From the NCBI GenBank assembly GCA_010015805.1, contig ML978131.1, positions 248,001 to 312,000 on the forward strand: 64,000 bases of DNA. Reading direction: 5' to 3'. The position numbers were made by a program, and so were the translations under genes. The notes under the pieces are model-generated. The model saw only the letters and a list, made by a program, of their open reading frames with translations, was not told where the DNA came from and made no database searches. Positions 1 through 11,427 of this stretch are shown here, in pieces. Within the stretch, counting starts at the first letter, position 1, and each line of letters starts with the position of its first letter. This DNA comes from Rhizodiscina lignyota. Taxonomy: Eukaryota.

Positions 1-1085
1 GTCCGCGAGGTAGGACAGGGTGGATACTAAGTCGGCGGTGCTGCGGGCGAGGGTATGGATCGCCATGAGGGAGGTGCCCGGGGAGTGTAGGTCCGCGAGA
101 CAGGACATGGTAGGTTCCAGCATGGGGAGGAGTTCGTCGATGAGCTCGGGTGGTGGTGGGATGGCGAGGGGTGAGATGAGGGAGGTGGAGAGGGAGGCGA
201 GCTGGCGGGTTTGGTGGGCGAGGTGGGTTGCTACTGCGGAGTGGGCGGTTGCGAGTCTGCGCAGGCGGCTGGGTTAATAAGGACAGTTCGTGCAGCATAG
301 ATCCAGGAGGTTGCTCTGTGATTGTTAAAGCTTTAGGAATTCTGGGAAACTCACCTCGTCGCACCACCCTCCACCCCAGCCTGACTCCCCAAATCCCTCA
401 GCTTCTCCACGACCCTCTCAACGATCGCATCGTCTGCGCTACCATTAGTCTCCATGCCTCTCCGCGCCAAACTCTCCACAGCCGCCATCCTCGCCTCCAA
501 CGTCGCAGATATCAACGGTGCCTCTTCCAAATCGCTCTCCCCGTAGTCCGACCCATCATACTCCGAATACTGTCTCCGATGCCTAGTCCCTTTCTGCTTC
601 TGCTGCTGCGTAGGCGAGAGATGCGGCCCGGGCTCCAAGCTACCCGCCTTCCTGCCCGTGCCCACCGACGTGTCGGCCGTGAGAGGGGAAGACGAGACGT
701 CTATGCCGCTATCGCGCGTCTTGTCCGCGTCCAGTCTCCGCCCGTTGACATGGCCATTTGAATGTGAGGCCCCGCCCAACTCTGACACGCCTTCTTCGCC
801 GAATGTGTCGTCGAGTCCCTCTGCATCGTCCTCCTCATCGCCGTCCCACTCGTCTGCGTCCGCGAGTTCATCTGCTAAATTCCCTAACCCGTCGCCCCCG
901 CCGCCAAGCGCGCTGCTGTCGCCAACATCGTCGTCGCCGCGGCTGAAGCGCCGCGACACAGGCGACTGTGGTGAGAAGGCGGCAGACGAGCGTCTGCTTG
1001 CGAAGTGTGCGGTGGGCGAGGTGTCGTGAGAGAGGTCGAGGCTCGAGGGATGCCGTCGATGCGGCGTTGTTGCTCGCGCGGACAT
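1..1085 (-). CDS. Fungal hypothetical protein, 3' end runs off the window
   Basis: ORF 351..1085 ends at a GTGAG donor (354). Acceptor CGCAG at 257 restores the frame (GATR|LATAHSAVATHLAHQTRQL), which continues past position 1. Confidence 0.75.
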
Positions 1086-1805
1086 GGTAAGTCTATGTTG
1101 TAGGAATCTTCGTAGGGCCTAGGAGTTCGGAGGAGGTTATGGAGCTGATGATGGGGCTCTTTGTTCCTGGATTCGGGAGAGCTAGATGTCGGCGGAGTGC
1201 GCGTGGCTCATGCAGGGACGTGACGCCTAGTCCGCGGAAATTTATGGTGGCACCATGAAACCTTCGAGATGTGATGGATCCTGTTGAAATTTAAGGGCCG
1301 TGATGGGGGAATGTTCAAGTGCTTCGACACGAACACACAAAGGGCCCGGTGACTTGCAGATGTTGGAGTGGATTCGGACATGCAGACAACAAAGCACTCC
1401 ATCGTCGTCGATAGTTGCATGATGTATCGACAGGGTTCAAGGATGCGGCTCCATTTTCAAGGATCTGCGCCATCGTATAGTGCCCATCGCCATGTAAAGC
1501 ACATCGCAATTAAAGTATGAAGATATCGCTACATGAAAAAGGTATCTGGGGGAGATGGATTTCCACAGCAAATGTGAAAATGCAAGTGATAAAGAGGGCA
1601 GTCGATGCTAATGGAGTGAATCACAACGCCGCCTTCCATGCCTGTAATGCCAATGTACAAAGCCAAAGTAAAGCACCATCGCTTCTTGGGGTCAGAAGCC
1701 ATGCGCACCGCTCAAGATTGCTATGCAACGCCCGCAATGCACCCCAATATGCCGCCCGAGTAATTTGTGGTATATGTGCAAGGAAAGAGGGATCACACGT
1801 GGCAG

Positions 1806-2564
1806 CTAGGTGGACTTGCCCTGCTCGAGGCTGTTCACTTGCTTGATAAAGCCATTCCAAAAGTCCCGGCCACCGTGCATTCGGTCAGCTACAGAGCGTT
1901 AGCAATTGTGAAGATGCTGAGCGTCGAATGTATGAAGCTCACGCCGAGTTCCCCAAACAGACTTGGCTTGAGCGGGACTGTCCTGGGGCTGCTTCCAAAG
2001 AAGGCTCTTTTCATCTTTGAAATGAATCAGCACGTATCCTGTAGCTCTGCTTTAGAATTCTTACCACCTGATCCAGCAACGGCAGTTTGATAGCCTGAAG
2101 ATTCAACATCAGTCGCTCTGATCGTGTGACACGTCCACCACGCCATGCTAGGCTAGATATACGAACTCTTCTTCAGGAGCTGCTTCGTCTCCACAGCATT
2201 AAACTCGTTCAAGGGAACGTGCCGTTCCTCCACCGGAGCAGCAGGCGTAGTTGCACCGGTGGACTGTTGTCCGCCTTTCGCCTGGCTAGCACTGCTGGTG
2301 GAGGTAGGCGTCGCTGTTCCACTTCCCGACTTGTCCCTATTCGCCCACACATTCGCCTGCTGCGTCGACATTGATTGTCGGTTCGACTGGTTCGCTCGTT
2401 CGCGCGAAGAGGCCGGTTGCGACTGCTGCTGGCGCGGGTTCTGCTGCTGCTGGTTGCCAGCACGCCGCCAGCTGGGGTCGAGTTAGCGAGGTTGCACGAG
2501 CAAGCTGCAAGAGCTGCGAGGCGAAGAAAGGGAATACGCACCGGCCCTCACCCCCGCTGCTCAT
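1806..2564 (-). CDS. Small multi-exon hypothetical protein (Q-rich N-terminus)
   Basis: MSSGGEGR, then a GTGCGT..CTAAC..CAG intron splices in frame to WRRAGNQQQQ..MSTQQANVW..HVPLNEFNAVETKQLLKK. Later exons read DEKSLLWKQPQDSPAQAKSVWGTR and DRMHGGRDFWNGFIKQVNSLEQGKST-stop. Middle exon boundaries are approximate. Confidence 0.65.
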
Positions 2565-3359
2565 TGTGGGCGAGGAATAGGGTAGTGGAGTGGAATGTGC
2601 GTGGTTGTTTGGGAGGGTAAACAATTGGCATGAGCCGCTCCTTTAGGCTGCTCCCGTCTGGCCTGCCCCAGAAAAATGTTCCGCGCGTGCAGCTGAGGTG
2701 ACGACATGGGACGCGGCCCTAAGTGCCGCCAGCGCGTCTATCGGGGCCTCTAATTTCTTCCATTCAAGGTCTCACTAGCGAAATAGTCCTCTGTGGCTTC
2801 ATGTGATACTTCTACCTTATTTCTTCTAGGAGACAAGAGCCATTTTCTCCCTTTCTGTCGTCCATGTACTCAAGACTGGAGACGGGCCCAAGCTTCATAG
2901 GACGCACTGGCGGCTGGCCCGCGTGTCACAGCTGATCATTCTAAGGATTCCTGGGATTCCATCTCCTTTGTCAATTGCGGCTTGCATAACGACCACCTGA
3001 ATGGATGTCACCAGCTGCAATTCTTCACAGCCTTGCGCGTTCTGCCTGGAATGAAGCATCTCCTGCACCATGCCGCGTAAGAGTCACACGAGGCTGTCGA
3101 ATGAGCATCTCGACCTCAACTGCTGTACTGGATGATTCGCAGTAAAAATACTCACTCTTACAGTATGCAGATGCAAGCTGGGCTCCCTCGATAAGCCACA
3201 TCCCATATTGAGCGTGAGGAGGCATCATATATAAGAGCCCGTGGGTTGCAAATATGTTACACCCGAAGCTGTATCACTGTCTCTTTTGATCTCCCCAGCA
3301 TAGATTACATACGCTTCATCGATCTCCAACCCGAGCATCGTCGTTATTGTTATGGCAAG

Positions 3360-4079
3360 ATGACGCTACTCTGCTGGCTCATCGCAATCTCCGTCCAGTC
3401 TCAGTTCAGCCTTGCGTCTAGCGTGACAGAGACTTTCACAATAGTAACCACGTTCAGTGCGGATACAACCTATAACACGTCAGTATCGTGGAGTTCGGGC
3501 CATTCATTTAGATTTACACTAATAAAGCGAAGGGCATCTATTTATGGTGTGCTCCTTACGGCCTTGCCATCATCCTTGTTGGCCGAGGCAACGAACACCG
3601 TTGAATTCAGTTCCGACATAGCAGCCCAGTTCAGTTCTGGGACTCCTAAGTGGTTTCAAACCCTACCATCCGACGTTCAGAACTACATTATAGCTCCTGG
3701 ACCTCAGACTTTAATCTCTACTAGAGTGGTTGACATCTCTACGACTACTTCAAGCGAGCAACCTAGGTCTACATCATCTACATTGGCATCATCAAGAACA
3801 TCAACACCCTCGACAAGCGTCAGCCCCACCCAAACTCCACTTTCAACAGGACTGGGTACCGGTGCCAAGATCGCTGTTGGTATACTGGCTCCGGTTGCTG
3901 CCATTGCGTGCACTGCTGTGGTAGCACTCATCCTCTGGAACCGAAAGAGAATGGTTCGGTCTTCAGGTGTTGCTTCGCACTTACCGGCCTCTGCGCTTCC
4001 AGAGCTGCGTACAGAGAAGACAAATGAAAGCAGGTTTCCATGGATGCGGAGAGAAGAAACGAAAACGCAAAGCGCTTGA
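3360..4079 (+). CDS. Secreted Ser/Thr-rich single-pass membrane protein (paralogue A)
   Basis: Signal-peptide-like MTLLCWLIAISVQSQFSLA, in-frame intron 3479..3532, PKWFQTLPSDVQNY motif, S/T stalk, TM helix GAKIAVGILAPVAAIACTAVVALILW followed by RKR. Confidence 0.75.
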   Translation: MTLLCWLIAISVQSQFSLASSVTETFTIVTTFSADTTYNTSVSWSSGHSFRFTLIKRRASIYGVLLTALPSSLLAEATNTVEFSSDIAAQFSSGTPKWFQTLPSDVQNYIIAPGPQTLISTRVVDISTTTSSEQPRSTSSTLASSRTSTPSTSVSPTQTPLSTGLGTGAKIAVGILAPVAAIACTAVVALILWNRKRMVRSSGVASHLPASALPELRTEKTNESRFPWMRREETKTQSA

Positions 4080-4890
4080 TGTAAAAACAAGAATATATGC
4101 AAACGATTGTGAGTTATCCATGAGAACGAAGATGCCTCCGGTGCGGCAATCGGAATCAAACAAGGAACATCCATAATGTATGGAGACGTTGCTTGGAAAC
4201 TTAGCAAGTTGTTGCAGTGCTGGAGTCTCTTGTCCTTGTCCTGTCGTTACGCCAGCCGAAACCAACCATTATGGACGATAGAACCAAGAGGAGAACTTCG
4301 TGGAAATATCAGTTATCCCGAAACCTTAGAAGCTAGAGAAACTGGAGATATCGTGGAGGTTTTACTCGAATGCGCTAATCCTAATGTAGCTTTGCTTCAA
4401 TAAAAAGCCTTCAAAGCCCCGTCCGACGAGCTCGCGCCTACTCCGTCTTTCACTAGAATCAGCTAATAAGACAATTCACCTCTTAAAGGCTTTGATTAGA
4501 ACTGACTTTTCTACTCTGACGCATTCTGCGTCAGTAATCGACTTCAGCCTTGCTTTCTCTTATCCGATGAGAGTCCGCAAGGCTGTTGGCGGCCTCGCCC
4601 TAGGCACTAATGCATCACTCACCCACGTCGCGGCTGGCATCTGTTGGCTTGTACTGCATCGTTCGTGAGGCTGAGCGGCGCTTCCAATACGCCATTTCTA
4701 GGTTCTCCTCACTCCAGTCCACTCATGTCATAGTGGCTAAGTGAGGCAAGTTGTTCGCAGAACATTCAAAAAGCCAGCAGCAGATCTTTTCAATTTTTGT
4801 CTGAATCTCGACGCAATTTCTAGCTGTGTAATTACTCATTCTTCTAGTTCATCCACGTCACTGTTCGACTATCATATTATTTTCAGTGCG

Positions 4891-5570
4891 ATGCGCCAGG
4901 TTCACTTCTTAATCACAACCTCATTTTTGTCGCAATTCAGCCTTGCGGCTCTGTCGAACACAACCACAACCATAGATACGTAAGTGATGGCCCATCATCT
5001 GGACAACTTCAAATATTGATCAACAACAGGTTCTCCATATACAATGTTCTCATCACGGCGTTACCAGCCTCTCTTCTTGCGGAGGCTACGAATACTGCAA
5101 AGCTGGGCTCCGATCTTGCAGCGCAATTCAGCACCGGGACACCAGGATGGTTCCAATCACTTCCATCCGATGTCAAGAGCTTCCTTCTATCTGAAGGCTC
5201 GGCGCTTATAACTACCGTTATCACCCCTACATCAAGTCCGGCCATATTAACCTCTCCGACCACTACTTGGAATACGACTACATCCCTAACACCAACCCCA
5301 TTATCACCATCACCTACTTCGCAATCATCAACTGATCCGCCAACTTCCTCAACTGACCCGACGCCTCCTCCAACTCGAACTCCAGATTCAAGCGGATTGT
5401 CTACTGGTGCAAAGGCTGGCATAGGCGTAGGGGTGCCGCTTTCTGTCATTGCTGTTACTGGTCTTGTTTTGCTCGCCTGGAGGTGGCTGAGGAGAAGAAA
5501 TAACTCTCCTCCATCCACCATCCCAGAGATGCGAGGACGCGGACGTACTCCCACTCTATGGCTCCCCTAA
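4891..5570 (+). CDS. Secreted Ser/Thr-rich single-pass membrane protein (paralogue B)
   Basis: MRQVHFLITTSFLSQFSLA signal, intron 4980..5029 (GTAAGT..CAG), PGWFQSLPSDVKSF motif, S/T/P stalk, TM GAKAGIGVGVPLSVIAVTGLVLLAW followed by RRR. Confidence 0.78.
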
Positions 5571-5684
5571 CTGGAAACGAATCTCATTGTCATTTCGACT
5601 TGTACAGTGCGGATGCAGAGTTTGTGTAGAGCGGCACTCAGCTCCGATCTCACAATTTGAAGATAACTCACGGGAGCTTCGTCT

Positions 5685-6734
5685 TCACGCAATAGTATAC
5701 ACAATTTTCTCCCCGCTCACCTTCCCCGTCCTCACATCGTCAAGCCCCTCAAGAATCTTATCAAGCCCTCCATCCCGCAGACTAGGCCGATGCCCCTTGA
5801 TCTTCTTCTCCGCAAGCAGCGTCTCATTGAACGTGAACCACTTCTTCGCAAACTCGAAATCGTCCTTGTTCGCCGCCCACTCGACGCCTCCCCTAAAGAC
5901 GAACTTCTCCCCAGTGCACGTGTACCCCAGGTTGTACGTCTGCGTCACATCGTCCCTCGGGAAGTCCTTCACCCGCAAGATGGCGCCGTACCTTGGCGGC
6001 TCGCCCTCCGGTGCCTTCCCCGTCGACAGCGCGCCGGCGCAGATGCCCGGCGACGAGCCCTCGGAGATGCAGTCGAACGCGTAGAACAGCTGGTTGTCCG
6101 TGTCGCGCCTAATGTCCTCTGCACAGGTCGGGGACTTGTAATCGTACGCCTTGCTCGCGCCGAGCGACTTGACTAGGTCGAAGTTGCGCGGGGAGCAGGT
6201 GACCAGCACGTCAAATCCGGAGAGCTTAGCGTACTGAATGGCCGCCATGCCGGTCCCTGTGCTGCCGCCGTACACGAGGAGATACCTCTTCTCCTTGAGC
6301 GGCTTGTCAGGCCAGGGCAGGCCCATGTGCTGGTACAGGCCCTGCCCGCACGTGATGATAGCAACCGGGAGAGTGGCTGCGTCCTCAAAGCTCATAAAGT
6401 CCGGGATGTGGAAGACAATGTCGCCCTTGCCGACGAAGTACTCCGCGAAGCCGCCGTCCTCGGGCTCGATGTTGTTGCCGCCGTGGGTGAAGGAGGCGAC
6501 GCGGTCGCCCTTCTTAAACTTCTTCGTCACCTCGGGCCCGATCTCCTCGACGATGCCGGCGCAGTCGCAGCCGATTGTTGTTCCAGGGTCGGCCATTTTG
6601 TCGATGTGCTTCCAGTCCGTGGGGTTGAGTGCTACGGCCTTGGTCTTGATGAGAATGTAGTCAGGGCGCAGCCTGGGCTTTGGGACTTCAACTACGGCTG
6701 CCTTGTGGCCTTCCACCTCTTTGAGTGCCTTCAT
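5685..6734 (-). CDS. Medium-chain dehydrogenase/reductase, trans-enoyl-reductase-like (LovC/ToxD type)
   Basis: Single 349-aa exon with AVALNPTDWKH, GCDCAGIVEE, LVYGGSTGTG, TCSPRNFDLVKSLGA and C-terminal GKVSGEKIV. Confidence 0.9.
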   Translation of the reverse strand: MKALKEVEGHKAAVVEVPKPRLRPDYILIKTKAVALNPTDWKHIDKMADPGTTIGCDCAGIVEEIGPEVTKKFKKGDRVASFTHGGNNIEPEDGGFAEYFVGKGDIVFHIPDFMSFEDAATLPVAIITCGQGLYQHMGLPWPDKPLKEKRYLLVYGGSTGTGMAAIQYAKLSGFDVLVTCSPRNFDLVKSLGASKAYDYKSPTCAEDIRRDTDNQLFYAFDCISEGSSPGICAGALSTGKAPEGEPPRYGAILRVKDFPRDDVTQTYNLGYTCTGEKFVFRGGVEWAANKDDFEFAKKWFTFNETLLAEKKIKGHRPSLRDGGLDKILEGLDDVRTGKVSGEKIVYTIA

Positions 6735-7576
6735 TGTGGGTTGATATAGGATTTTGATATGAAGAGAGCTTGTGGAGGAAAGACAGCTACGCTTGAAACC
6801 CGAGGCAATTGGAAGAGTCAGCTACGATAAGTTATGTAGCGTGACAGGAGATTGGCTGGAGAACTTAGAATGCCTGAGGAGTTGAAGCGGACGATGTGAA
6901 AGAAATACGCATATATTTGCTCAAGATATTTTGCGGAACAATTGGTAATCACACGGAATTAGTACTCTTGTGATAGGCTGTAGGATTGCATGAAACCCAA
7001 GCGCAAGGGATGTCAATGACGTTGGCATAAGGTAAAGCGCAAGTCAACAAATACTTGACAAAGTGTGGCAGCACAAATGGGCTGATTCGTCAACGACCAA
7101 ACAACCTCGGGCTACTGAACTACTCTCAATGTGGAGTATGTGGAGTATGCGTAGTGGTTACTCCAAGAGTGCAACGCGATATTGTGAGATGAGACCGCGT
7201 TATCTCCGAAACACCGCGGCGGCCGCTCGGGGCATTTTCCGACTTTAGTAATCTGTCAAAGAGGAGTTGTCCCTAAGAAGTAACCGAGATACTTTAATAG
7301 TACTTCTTTCACTTCTTTATTATGGATCTTTCGTGCCTTGATACCATATGGAGATAGTTGCTCAAACCGGCAAAGCTGGCATTGATCATAGCCGCCGAAC
7401 TTGCAAGAGTGGCATAGTGTTTTAAGACAGATCTTTCATGGGCTCGGAGGTATTAAGTCCAGGATAGCTAAGCGTTCAGAAATGGATATGTTGAGTGAGG
7501 CACTACTCAGATTGAACAAGGGTTCTCATATTAGATGAATAGCGCTCTAACCATACGCACGTAACAGAGTTGGCGT

Positions 7577-8607
7577 TTACAAAGGAGTCTTCGAGTCTGT
7601 CGTCGAACTCTGCAACTCTGAAGGAGACATGGGTAACTCCGAATGCCCAGATGACATTGGCAGCTCTTGGATACCCGAACTCGGCGAGAACGGTCTTGCA
7701 ACAGGAGCTGGCTGCGCGACAAGGTTGTGTGGACTGCCGCTCACTGGACTGACTGCGCTCTGCCGATATGGCGGCGCCTGCTGCTGGCTAACCTGCGCCA
7801 TCTGCTTCATCTGTTGCCATTCCTCCACTGGCACCATGACCATGTTCGGCGGGATACTGGCTTGACCGTATTGCGGTATCATGCTTGTTCGAGCTTGCAG
7901 TTGCTGCTGCTCTGTGATTTGCATCGCGAGTGCTAGGGATTGCGTCCTCGAAAGCTCGTTTCGGCGGCGGGTATCTATGCAAGCCCATACGAAGAGCGTG
8001 AAGTGGAGGATGCTATATGTGGCATAACTTTAGTGGTTTTCACTGATCACGGTGGAGATGAAGTACACTTACGCGTCGACGTACAGGATGCCACAGAGAC
8101 CAAGCGATGCCCCTGTCCAGAAGTCTATAAGAATCTCCGTTAAGCCAGAGGCCAGGAATCCCATCCAAAGTATGAGGTCGAGTGCCACGTGAGATCCAGG
8201 GTGTATACCACCTCTTCGCACGCTGCGAACACAGAGGGTGATGAATTCACTGACATTCCATGCGATTGCTAAAGAGGCCTAGGATAAGGTCAGCTAATAG
8301 ACGTATTGAGTTATGAGGAAGAGGCGTATGAGCAGTCATTCAGAAAAGCACTCACAAACCCCAGGCCAGTATAAGCGCCAGCGTCAGTCCAATCGTCCGC
8401 GTAGTATTCTGAGGTGTAATCCTCCAGAATATCATCATTATCTTCCCAGTTAATAACCACTATAACAGCAAGGGCGATAGCTGCGATCGAGGTGGTAGTG
8501 GCAAAGACTCGAAGGCTGAGCTTCCAGACCTGCTCTGCGTAGCGGTCGGGCTGTTGCTGGAGAGCTGCTTGAATTGCTGCCTGTGAAGGCAGACCTGGCT
8601 GATTCAT
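7577..8607 (-). CDS. Four-TM fungal membrane protein (MARVEL-like) with Q/P-rich tail
   Basis: Three exons. Donor GTGAGT at 8355; exon 2 ASLAIAWNVSEFITLCVRSVRRGGIHPGSHVALDLILWMG; exon 3 ILHFTLFVWACIDTRRRN runs into ORF 7577..7924. Confidence 0.8.
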
Positions 8608-9221
8608 ATTCGGCGCGACCGAATAAATCTCTCATTCGCAGTCGTCACAATTGATTGAAAGGTAGTCAAGAAGAGATGACATTAGGACTGATAGAATGAC
8701 ATTGCGACGAAAGCCACGAGGGGTAGATAGGGCGCAATCGTCATATGCAAGGCTGAATCCTCCTCTTTCTGGCGTCGTTAGATTTCATTTTAGGGTTAAG
8801 GAAATGGTCCTCGGAAGCCCTACGCTAGGTATTTTGTTGTCATCTCATTGGCGTATCAGAATGAGTGGCTGCTGCGGAGGCAGGAATACGAAACGCCACT
8901 AAAAAAGATCAACGGGAGTTGGCTGTGCTGCGTCTATTTTTAAGTGAATCCTCAAAATAAAGGACTGTTAAAGCGCTTGCACAAGAACGTAATTGAGCCT
9001 CGAAGTTGTTGAATGCATTTAGTTGCTACGTTGATGGTTAGGTGTCTTATGTGGAGGTTAAACCCCTGTTCGCGAAGGTAAGAGCCACCTTCGTAAGCAT
9101 CCCATCATAGGATGCAAGACTGACCTCTTTTATCAAGTCATAGCACTTGGAATCTTTTCATAGGCATGTGAGGTTAACCAAAGGCAACTTGAATCGCTTA
9201 AACATGCAGGCTATTACACAG

Positions 9222-9237
9222 ACGCGTTTAGACGCGT
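9222..9237. promoter_or_regulatory. Two MCB-like ACGCGT boxes 10 bp apart
   Basis: gACGCGTttagACGCGTc, about 165 bp upstream of the GT34 ATG. Confidence 0.35.
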
Positions 9238-9398
9238 CGTGGAATGCGGGACAGAGGCCAAAGAATGATAAGTACAGCTTCGTAGTGTTTGAACCCTTTA
9301 TTCGAATATGAATGCCTTAATGTCTTTATGATAACTTTTGTCCTAATCGCTCTCTAATCTAGCTGTGAGGTTTCTCACTGCTTCCGTCGTCGTCTACG

Positions 9399-11427
9399 AT
9401 GTATCCTAAATCTGGCCGATACAGCCTACCTTCTAGCCCAACGGTAGAACACACACCATGGCGTCGTCAACATTCAAGAATCCAAATGCTATCTCTTGGG
9501 AGACTGAAAGTCATGGCAGCGATCACAATCTTCCTTGTTATGGCGTACTCGCTCCTCTACTTTCGCAATTGGAGCGAGGAGAAGGTGGAACCGCAATTCG
9601 AAGGCATCTTCACCTTGCCGGAGAGCGAAAATACTACAGTTATTAAGAGCGCTGTTATCGCGGATACTTCATTACCACCGCCGATGAAGGACAATAATAA
9701 TGTGAAAGGAAAGATAGAGAGCTGGCGAGAGAGACTGGACTTTGTCACCCCGTGGAGACACAAGAGCAACAGTTTAGGAGACGAGCCGGTAAAATCTTAT
9801 GCATATGAGCCTCTTCCGACTAGGACAATCACTCTATCAGAGCCATTGTTATATGAGTCTATTCCTACAGATGCCCCTGCCTCAACACAGACAGAACCGT
9901 CTGATGAGTCAATCCTATCAGAATATCCTCATGCTTCGACACAGGCAGAACCGTCACATGAGTCAAACCTGTCAGAATATCCTTATGCCGCGACACTGTC
10001 GAGGCCTCCTCTCCCTCCAGTACGAATAGCCAAAGTCAGCATTCTCTTTGGCAATACCAGCAGCGCAATGCAGCGCGCCCTTCGCACCCACGAGGTCCAC
10101 AATCGAATGCATGGATACGAGATGCATGTCGCTCGCCGATCCATCCTCGACGATACCTGGACCAAGCCTGCATTCATTCTGTCTGTGCTATTACAGGAGC
10201 TCGCCAAGCCTGAGGGTGAGGGTGCGGAGTGGCTCTTCTGGGTGGATGCGGACACCATCATTTTGAACCCGTATGTTCCAATCGAGGTATTTCTTCCGCC
10301 AGCGGGAGGCTGGGACGACGTTCATATGCTGGTGACGAGCGATTGGAATGGCCTCAATAACGGCGTCTTCCCAATCCGTGTCTGCCAATGGAGTGTTGAA
10401 CTGCTCAGTTCAATCCTCTCATACCGCGTCTACCGACCGCAAGCTGATTTGCAGTTCCGCGACCAGTCTGCCATGGACGCGTTGCTGAAGGAAGAGAGAT
10501 TCTCCTCACATGTCCTACATGTGCCGCAACGATGGTTCAATGCATACTACGGCGACGTTGACGGCAAGATTGAAACATATCAGATCCGCCGCGGAGAGTT
10601 CCTCGTTCACTTTCCTGGCCTACCAAACCGCGACCAGCTCATGCAGCCATGGCTCGAGCGCGCGGAAAAGCATGCGCCGGACTGGGAATTAGAGCTGGTT
10701 CACACGACGTATCCTGAAGAAGTAAAAAAATACTGGCGGAAAAAGGAGGCAGAAAGGGAAGACAGTCTTGAAAGAGTTGATGAAGTCCGCCAACAATGTA
10801 CCGAGTTATGGGAAGAGTGTGAGAAGTGGCTGCGTGACTGGAGAGCAGACTTTTCTCTGAGCGTCATCGATGAGATACAAACAAAGATTAGAGAGGTAAA
10901 AGAGACCCTTAATGATGACACGACGGGTGGGCAGTTCGATCTTGTCACTGACGCATTCGCCGATCTCCGAAATGTGGGTCTTCAAATCGATCTACGACAT
11001 GGATAGTGCTGATACTTATTTGAAATAGACTTCGAAGGCGATGGAATTGGAGCTGGAGCGCGCTCAAAAAGTAGTGCTCAAGCAAGTGCATGATGCCGTA
11101 TTTGCGGCAGAGAATGCTACGCTTACGGATGCGAGTTCCGATGACGTGCAGCGAATGGTGGATGGCGTTCAAGACCAGATTTCGCAATTAAAGGAGGTCA
11201 CCGTATCTACATATTGGTCGAAAGGTCAAGTGATGGAAATGGTTGAGCAATTAAGAGCGACGCAAAAGACATTAGAGAAGAAGATCCAGGAAGAAGAGAG
11301 GCCGGCAGCAGGAATGGAAGAAGACGACATCCATACAGCTAGCGGAACAGTAGCAGCGGAAGGTCACTCATCTACGCGGTCAGGCTCCTCTACTCAGGCG
11401 ACGGATGAGACGGAAAACATCAGATAA
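9399..11427 (+). CDS. Glycosyltransferase family 34 (Mnn10/Gma12-like)
   Basis: Type II TM anchor, W.KP..ILS, EWLFWVDADTIILNP (DxD), DWNGLNNGVF, FRDQSAM, VPQRWFNAY, LVHFPG. Intron 10974..11028 joins ORF 11041..11427. Confidence 0.9.
9879..9986 (+). repeat. Two imperfect 54-bp in-frame tandem units in the GT34 stem region
   Basis: ASTQTEPSDESILSEYPH / ASTQAEPSHESNLSEYPY. Confidence 0.85.

Noticed and set aside
4516..4534. Inverted repeat CTGACGCA-TTC-TGCGTCAG
   Set aside because: An 8-bp stem only; might be paired bZIP sites but is unsupported.
8790..8798. TTAGGGTTA (TAACCCTAA) template-like 9-mer
   Set aside because: It lies ~180 bp upstream of a same-strand protein gene, leaving no room for a telomerase RNA, and is expected by chance.
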